This document shows, piece after piece, positions 18,647 to 24,000 of a DNA stretch of 24,000 nt (the first letter of the stretch is position 1; each line of letters begins with the position of its first letter). The DNA is from Rahnella contaminans. GTDB lineage: Bacteria > Pseudomonadota > Gammaproteobacteria > Enterobacterales > Enterobacteriaceae. Under the pieces are notes generated by a model. The model worked only from the letters and a program-made list of their open reading frames with translations, was not told where the DNA came from and did not search any database. The stretch is from contig NZ_JAADJS010000008.1 of assembly GCF_011065485.1 (NCBI RefSeq), forward strand, positions 98,560 through 122,559. The letters are read 5' to 3'. The position numbers and the translations under genes are program-made.

Positions 18647-20233
18647 ATGAAAACACGTAAGATAGGATTCTTTAATTACATCGCCTACGGTTCTGGCGAT
18701 TTTCTGGGGGCAGGCACCACAGCCCTGACCGCGGCGTGGCTGCTTTATTTCTACACCACGTTCTGCGGCCTTTCGCCCATCGAAGCGACCTTCATCTTTG
18801 CGACCGCGCGCGTCGCCGATGCGGTGTTAAGCCCGTTAATGGGTTATCTCACGGATAACTTTGGTAATACCTGGCTCGGCAAACGGTTCGGTCGCCGTAA
18901 GTTCTTTATTCTGCTTGGTATTCCCTGCGTGTTCAGCTACAGCTTCATGTGGGTGGGCGACATGGGATATGTCTATTACCTGCTGACATATCTGTTGTTC
19001 GATATCGTTTACACCATGATTCTGGTGCCGTATGAGACGCTGGTGCCGGAAATGACCGACGATTTCAAACAGAAAACCAAATTCTCTGGAGCCCGTATCG
19101 CGCTGGCGCAGCTTTCTGCCATTCTCGCCGCTTTCCTGCCGGGAATTCTGTTGCAGCATTTTGGCAAAGATAATGCCATTTCCTTCTTCTATTCGAGTCT
19201 GGTCTTTGCGGTGATCTGCGCCTTCGTACTGACGCTGGTGTACTTCTTTACCTGGGAACGGCCGGAAGAACTCAAATCCGAAGCCACGAAGAAAATTGAG
19301 CGCGAACGCCAGCAGCTGACGCTGGTGCAAAGCCTGAAACGCCTGAAAGTGGAACTGTCCTCGACGCTGCGTATCAAAATTTTCCGTCAGCATCTGGGTT
19401 TGTATCTCGGCGGGTATATTGCGCAGGACGTGTTTAATGCCGTCTTCACGTACTACGTGGTGTTTGTGCTGATGCAAAGTGCGGCGATTGCTTCCAACCT
19501 CATGGGCATGATGGCGATTCTGCAATTTGTGGCGGTTATCGGGATGATCCCGCTGTGCATCCGCTTCGGACCGGCACCGTCCTATCGTCTGGCCGTAACG
19601 TTATTCGGGTTGGCGGCGATTTCTTACGGCGTGCTCTATTACACCGGAATGAACGATTCAATGTCGTTACTGCTGCTGATTTCTGCGCTGGCAGGGCTCG
19701 GGCGCGGCGGGATCAACTACGTGCCGTGGAATATCTACACCTATATCGCCGATGTCGATGAAACCATTACCGGCCAGCGCCGCGAGGGGATTTTCGCCGG
19801 TGTGATGACGCTGACACGAAAAGCCTCGCAGGCCGGTGCCGTGATGCTGGTGGGGATTATCCTGCAACTCGCCGGATTTGTTTCCGGGCAGAGCCAGCAG
19901 GTTCCGGCTGTTGGCCACACCATTCTCGGCGTTCTGGTGATCGGCTCACTGCTGATGCTCAGCATGGGCTTCATCATTTCACTGTTCTTCCGCCTTAATC
20001 AGAAAACGCACGGCGTGCTGACCCGCGAAACGCAGAAAATGCGTGACGCGAACCGCATCGTGCCGGAGCAAATTACGCCGGAAGATCGGGCGATCGTCGA
20101 AATGCTGACAGGGATGAAATACGAATCGCTGTGGGGCAACAACAATATTGGTTATTTGCATCGCCACAATCCGCCACCTGAAAAGCTGACCCGTGAAAAT
20201 GCCGCCGAAATTCCGGCACAGGGACGTTTGTAA
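18647..20233 (+). CDS. rhiT: GPH-family (glycoside-pentoside-hexuronide:cation symporter) oligosaccharide transporter, RhiT-like (528 aa)
   Basis: GPH hallmarks are present: N-terminal YGSGDF..G and LGKRFGRRK after TM2. There are about 12 hydrophobic segments with a charged central loop. The pairing with a GH105-like hydrolase mirrors the Dickeya rhiT-rhiN operon. The symbol is assigned by synteny and family only. Confidence 0.8.
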   Translation: MKTRKIGFFNYIAYGSGDFLGAGTTALTAAWLLYFYTTFCGLSPIEATFIFATARVADAVLSPLMGYLTDNFGNTWLGKRFGRRKFFILLGIPCVFSYSFMWVGDMGYVYYLLTYLLFDIVYTMILVPYETLVPEMTDDFKQKTKFSGARIALAQLSAILAAFLPGILLQHFGKDNAISFFYSSLVFAVICAFVLTLVYFFTWERPEELKSEATKKIERERQQLTLVQSLKRLKVELSSTLRIKIFRQHLGLYLGGYIAQDVFNAVFTYYVVFVLMQSAAIASNLMGMMAILQFVAVIGMIPLCIRFGPAPSYRLAVTLFGLAAISYGVLYYTGMNDSMSLLLLISALAGLGRGGINYVPWNIYTYIADVDETITGQRREGIFAGVMTLTRKASQAGAVMLVGIILQLAGFVSGQSQQVPAVGHTILGVLVIGSLLMLSMGFIISLFFRLNQKTHGVLTRETQKMRDANRIVPEQITPEDRAIVEMLTGMKYESLWGNNNIGYLHRHNPPPEKLTRENAAEIPAQGRL

Positions 20234-20262
20234 ATTTGGTGAATATTTATCAGGAGAACACC

Positions 20263-21402
20263 ATGAAAGTTTTTGAAGTGAAACACAGTGCGCTTTTACG
20301 CCAGCCAGAACATTTCATTTCGCGCAATGAACTGAAAGCGCTGATCCACAATGTGACGGACAATCTGGTGAATATCGAAGATAAAACCGGTGAGTTCCTG
20401 TTGCGGCTCGACGATGGCCGCGTCATTGACACCAAAGGCTGGGCGGGTTGGGAATGGACGCACGGCATCGGGCTTTACGGTATTTATCAGTATTATCAGC
20501 ATACCGGTGACGAGAAAATGCGGGCGGTGATCGACGACTGGTTTAGCGCGCGTCTGGCGGAAGGCACGCCGACGAAAAACGTCAATACCATGAGCCCGTT
20601 CCTGACGCTGGCATATCGCTACGAGGAAACCGGTAATGCGGCGTGGCGTCCTTATCTGGAACGCTGGGCGGAATGGGTGATGTATGAAATGCCGCGCACT
20701 GATAAAGGTGCGATGCAGCACATCGTTTATAACAACGAAAATCATCAGCAGATGTGGGATGACACGCTAATGATGAGTGTGCTGCCGCTGGCGAAAATCG
20801 GCAAATTGCTGGATCGGCCTGAGTTTGTGGAAGAAGCAACTTACCAGTTTCTGGTTCACGTTCAGTACCTGATGGATCGCGAAACCGGCCTGTGGTTCCA
20901 CGGCTGGACGTTCGACGGTCATCATAATTTTGCTCAGGCCCGCTGGGCACGCGGTAACAGCTGGCTGACGATTGCTATTCCCGAGTTCCTCGAACTGGTG
21001 GATTTGCCAGAGAACAACGCCACCCGCCGCTATCTGTTACAGGTGCTGGAAAGCCAGGTCAGCGCGCTGGCGAAATGTCAGGATGACAGCGGTTTGTGGC
21101 ATACGCTGCTCGACGATCCACACTCTTACCTGGAAAGCTCAGCTACTGCCGGATTTGCTTACGGCATTCTGAAAGCAGTGCGTAAACGTTATATCGATGC
21201 GTCGTATGCGCCGGTGGCGGAGAAAGCCATTCAGGGCGTGATCAAACACATCAATCCGGCAGGCGAGCTGACGCAAACGTCATTCGGCACGGCGATGGGT
21301 AATGATCTCGATTTCTATCGCGAAATCGCGCTGACGTCGATGCCTTACGGACAGGCGATGGCGATTCTGTGTTTGTCAGAATATCTGCGGGTTTATTTGT
21401 AA
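20263..21402 (+). CDS. rhiN: Unsaturated rhamnogalacturonyl/glucuronyl hydrolase (GH105/GH88, YteR/RhiN-like, 379 aa)
   Basis: The alpha/alpha-barrel family signature region QMWDDTLMMSVLPLAK (catalytic Asp context) is present, together with WFHGW and ARGNSWL motifs typical of GH105/GH88. The ATG at 20263 lies 5 nt after SD aggaga. The ORF-track start at 20236 (TTG) is rejected. Confidence 0.85.
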   Translation: MKVFEVKHSALLRQPEHFISRNELKALIHNVTDNLVNIEDKTGEFLLRLDDGRVIDTKGWAGWEWTHGIGLYGIYQYYQHTGDEKMRAVIDDWFSARLAEGTPTKNVNTMSPFLTLAYRYEETGNAAWRPYLERWAEWVMYEMPRTDKGAMQHIVYNNENHQQMWDDTLMMSVLPLAKIGKLLDRPEFVEEATYQFLVHVQYLMDRETGLWFHGWTFDGHHNFAQARWARGNSWLTIAIPEFLELVDLPENNATRRYLLQVLESQVSALAKCQDDSGLWHTLLDDPHSYLESSATAGFAYGILKAVRKRYIDASYAPVAEKAIQGVIKHINPAGELTQTSFGTAMGNDLDFYREIALTSMPYGQAMAILCLSEYLRVYL

Positions 21403-21425
21403 TAGGGTGGATAACGGCCAGAAAT

Positions 21426-21457
21426 AAAAACGGGCACCTTCTGAGTGCCCGTTTTTT
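21426..21457. terminator. Bidirectional intrinsic terminator between the rhiN-like gene and trmA
   Basis: acgggcac (21430-21437), 7-nt loop, gtgcccgt (21445-21452). An A5 run precedes it and TTTTTTGTTTTTT follows. Confidence 0.85.
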
Positions 21458-21473
21458 GTTTTTTCATTCGCCG

Positions 21474-22574
21474 TCAGATTTTTTCCAGCAGCACGCCAGA
21501 TTCCATATGGTGCGTGTACGGGAACTGATCGAACAATGCCAGGCGCGTGACGCGGTGGGTCTTACTCAGTGTTTCCAGATTCGCGCACAGCGTTTCCGGA
21601 TTGCAGGAGATATAAAGAATACGGTCATAGCCAGCCACCATTTTCACGGTTTCGTCATCCAGCCCGCTGCGCGGCGGATCGACAAAAATCGTGTTGCATT
21701 CGTATCCGCTTAAATCAACATCCTGCAAACGACGGAATTCACGCACGCCGTTCAGCGCCTGGGTAAAATCCTCGGCTGCCATGCGGATAATCTGCACGTT
21801 ATCGATATGGTTCGCGGCAATGTTGTATTGCGCGGCGGCGACGGAAGGTTTGGCGATTTCCGTGGCCAGCACACGACGGAAGTTACGCGCCAGAGCCAGC
21901 GAGAAGTTGCCATTCCCGCAGTAAAGCTCCAGCAAATCGCCGGTAGAATTTTCCGTAGCCTTGAGTGCCCACTCCAGCATCTGAATATTCATTTCAGCGT
22001 TTGGCTGGGTGAAACTGTTTTCCACCTGACGGTAAATCATATCGCGACCCGCCACCGGCAAAACCTCATCGACATAATCCTGATCGAGCATGATTTTGGT
22101 TTTCGCAGCGCGGCCAATCAGCTGGATATCAAAACCGTCAGCACGCAACTGGTCGCGCAGAATTGTGGCGGCCTGCTGCCATTCATCATCAAGCTTACGA
22201 TGGTAAAGCAGTGAGGCGATGATTTTGCCGCTGCGGGTCGAGAGATAGTCGATCTGGAAGATCTTACGGCGCAACGCCGGATCTTGCTTGATGGCTGAGA
22301 TAAGCACCGGCATCAGGCGGTTAATCAGTTCGCTGGCGGTCGGGAACTGATCCACGCGCACGCGGGCTTTAGTCTGCTGATCAAACATGATGTGGTAAAG
22401 GTCGCCCTCATCGTGCCAGACGCGAAATTCCGCGCGCATCCGATAATGGCTGACGGGAGAACGGAAAACGTCAGGCTGCGGCGCATTAAATGGCGACATC
22501 ATCGCCGTGAGACGTGCGGTCTTTTCCGCCAGCTGGTCGTCGTACTTTTCAATGGGCAGGTTTTCAGGCGTCAT
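21474..22574 (-). CDS. trmA: tRNA (uracil54-C5)-methyltransferase (366 aa)
   Basis: [22 protein letters not shown]...[17 protein letters not shown]...FVDPPRSG...ISCNPETL is colinear with E. coli TrmA (366 aa) as recalled. Confidence 0.97.
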   Translation of the reverse strand: MTPENLPIEKYDDQLAEKTARLTAMMSPFNAPQPDVFRSPVSHYRMRAEFRVWHDEGDLYHIMFDQQTKARVRVDQFPTASELINRLMPVLISAIKQDPALRRKIFQIDYLSTRSGKIIASLLYHRKLDDEWQQAATILRDQLRADGFDIQLIGRAAKTKIMLDQDYVDEVLPVAGRDMIYRQVENSFTQPNAEMNIQMLEWALKATENSTGDLLELYCGNGNFSLALARNFRRVLATEIAKPSVAAAQYNIAANHIDNVQIIRMAAEDFTQALNGVREFRRLQDVDLSGYECNTIFVDPPRSGLDDETVKMVAGYDRILYISCNPETLCANLETLSKTHRVTRLALFDQFPYTHHMESGVLLEKI

Positions 22575-22734
22575 CGGTTATCTCGTCTAGCAGGGAATGA
22601 ATGGACAAACTTAGCGGGGGATTGTAGGGAATGTCTCCGTTAAGTCCACCATTGTTACATTTATATCGTGAAAGCTTACTTGCTATTACGGATGTCTGGA
22701 TTTCCAAATAGGTTGATCGTACGATTGCGTTTCG

Positions 22735-22975
22735 GCCTCATTGACTGAGTTAAAAGGGAATCCGGTGTGAATCCGGAACTGGCGCGCAGCGGTATGGGGA
22801 AATCACGGCGATAGCATTCTTTATTATGCAGACACTGTTTCCTGCTTCTCTCTCCTTATACAGGAAAGAAGAAAGAGGGGATGGGAAGTCATCGCCCGGT
22901 GCGGGTTATCTCAAATAATTACGACGTAATTAATGAGCCTGCAAATCCTAAGTCCGAAGACCTGCCGATGTTACG
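22735..22975 (+). promoter_or_regulatory. Cobalamin (adenosylcobalamin) riboswitch in the btuB leader
   Basis: The conserved core aaaagggaatccggtgtgaatccggaactggcgcgcagcggta (about 22751-22793), gggaagtcatc (22882-22892) and the B12 box agtccgaagacctgcc (22951-22966) align with the E. coli btuB leader as recalled. Confidence 0.9.
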
Positions 22976-23022
22976 TCGCATTAATCATCGTCGTCGCGAA
23001 TTATCGCCGGTGATCCTCTGCG

Positions 23023-23047
23023 GCATCCGCCAATTAAGTTTGGATGC
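23023..23047 (+). promoter_or_regulatory. RBS-sequestering hairpin of the btuB expression platform
   Basis: gcatcc (23023-23028) pairs with ggatgc (23042-23047). The 3' arm contains the SD-like GGA 8-12 nt before the btuB ATG. The equivalent GCATCC...GGATGC hairpin is present in the E. coli leader as recalled. Confidence 0.6.
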
Positions 23048-23054
23048 TCGATTC

Positions 23055-24000
23055 ATGACAATTAAAAAGCATGTGCTGCTGACGGCATTATCCGTCACGG
23101 CTTTTTCAGGGTGGGCGCAAGACAGTACTTCCACAAACAGCAGCGATAATATGGTGGTGACCGCTAACCGTTTTCCACAGCCCGTTTCTTCTGTATTAGC
23201 GCCAACGGATATCGTCACGCGCGAAGATATCGACCGGTGGCAGTCGAAATCCGTGGCCGATGTGCTGCGCCGTTTACCGGGTGTGGACATCAGCCAGAGC
23301 GGCGGAATGGGTCAGCTGACCTCTGTGTATGTTCGCGGCACCAGCTCAAGCCATACTTTGGTACTGATGGACGGTATTCGTCTTAATCAGGCGGGTATTT
23401 CCGGCTCCGTCGATGTCAGTCAAATTCCTCTTTCATTAGTTCAGCGCATTGAATTTATTCGCGGCCCGCGTTCGGCGGTTTATGGCTCCGATGCCATTGG
23501 CGGCGTCATCAACATTATTACGACGCGCGACAAAGACGGTACAACGCTCGGGGCGGGTGTCGGCTCGCACGGTTATCAGAACTACAATGGCTCAACGCAG
23601 CAGAAATTAGGTGAGAACACTACGCTGACTGCGGCAGGGGATTACACCTACACCCGTGGAATCGATGTGGTCGCGGATGGCAATAACGGCGGTGTTCCTC
23701 AGCCCGACCGTGACGGCTTCATGAGCAAGACACTGTATCTGGCGCTGCAGCATCAGTTCAATGAAGAGATCAGCGGCTTTGCACGTGCGTACGGATATGA
23801 CAACCGCACGGCTTATGATGCGTATTATTCGCCGGGCAGCGCGCTGATTGATACCCGTCAGCTTTACAGCCGGACATACGACACCGGTCTGCGTTATCAG
23901 AATGGCATTTACGCCACACAGTTAATTGGCAGCTACAGCCACGTCAAAGACTATAACTACGATCCTAAATACGGCCCGTATGACGCTTCCGCTTCTCTGG
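23055..24000 (+). CDS. btuB: TonB-dependent vitamin B12 outer-membrane transporter, N-terminal ~315 codons (runs off the window end)
   Basis: This CDS is not in the ORF track because no stop is reached. I translated it by hand: [22 protein letters not shown] (signal peptide), the TonB box DNMVVTANR, then [20 protein letters not shown]...[22 protein letters not shown]. It is colinear with E. coli BtuB as recalled, and the frame stays open to base 24000. Confidence 0.95.
   Translation, partial: MTIKKHVLLTALSVTAFSGWAQDSTSTNSSDNMVVTANRFPQPVSSVLAPTDIVTREDIDRWQSKSVADVLRRLPGVDISQSGGMGQLTSVYVRGTSSSHTLVLMDGIRLNQAGISGSVDVSQIPLSLVQRIEFIRGPRSAVYGSDAIGGVINIITTRDKDGTTLGAGVGSHGYQNYNGSTQQKLGENTTLTAAGDYTYTRGIDVVADGNNGGVPQPDRDGFMSKTLYLALQHQFNEEISGFARAYGYDNRTAYDAYYSPGSALIDTRQLYSRTYDTGLRYQNGIYATQLIGSYSHVKDYNYDPKYGPYDASASL

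Noticed and set aside
20236-20262. TTG-initiated 9-codon extension of the rhiN-like gene
   Set aside because: The ATG at 20263 has a well-spaced AGGAGA SD. The TTG start lies 2 nt after the upstream stop and has no SD.
22985-23290. 101-aa minus-strand ORF over the btuB start region
   Set aside because: It is antisense to the riboswitch expression platform and to the BtuB signal peptide and TonB box, which are unambiguous on the plus strand.

Overview
Chromosomal window from an Enterobacterales genome. This assignment rests on protein colinearity with E. coli K-12 sequences as I recall them. The genus is not determinable here, though the content suggests a plant- or soil-associated lineage. 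The backbone has the conserved order metF(partial)-ppc-argE/argCBH-oxyR-sthA-fabR-yijD-trmA-btuB(partial). It carries recognisable control elements: tandem ARG boxes, a four-element OxyR operator, the btuB cobalamin riboswitch and several intrinsic terminators. Relative to E. coli K-12 there are three insertions, none with integrase, IS, tRNA or flanking direct repeats. (1) About 5.3 kb between argH and oxyR (8446-13797) encodes a LacI-family regulator and a tightly coupled operon: M20 dipeptidase, PTS EIIB(Fru), PTS EIIC(Fru), M24 aminopeptidase. No EIIA and no sugar-phosphate catabolic enzyme is encoded there. This is the best candidate for an uncharacterised system, possibly uptake and cleavage of a sugar-peptide or sugar-amino-acid conjugate. 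(2) A Prx5-glutaredoxin hybrid peroxidase gene sits divergent from oxyR, where E. coli has oxyS. (3) A GPH-family transporter plus a GH105/GH88-type unsaturated glycuronyl hydrolase (rhiT/rhiN-like) lies between yijD and trmA. It is preceded by an AT-rich region with a KdgR-like palindrome and a possible 64-codon ORF. All similarity statements are from memory and visual inspection; no searches were run.
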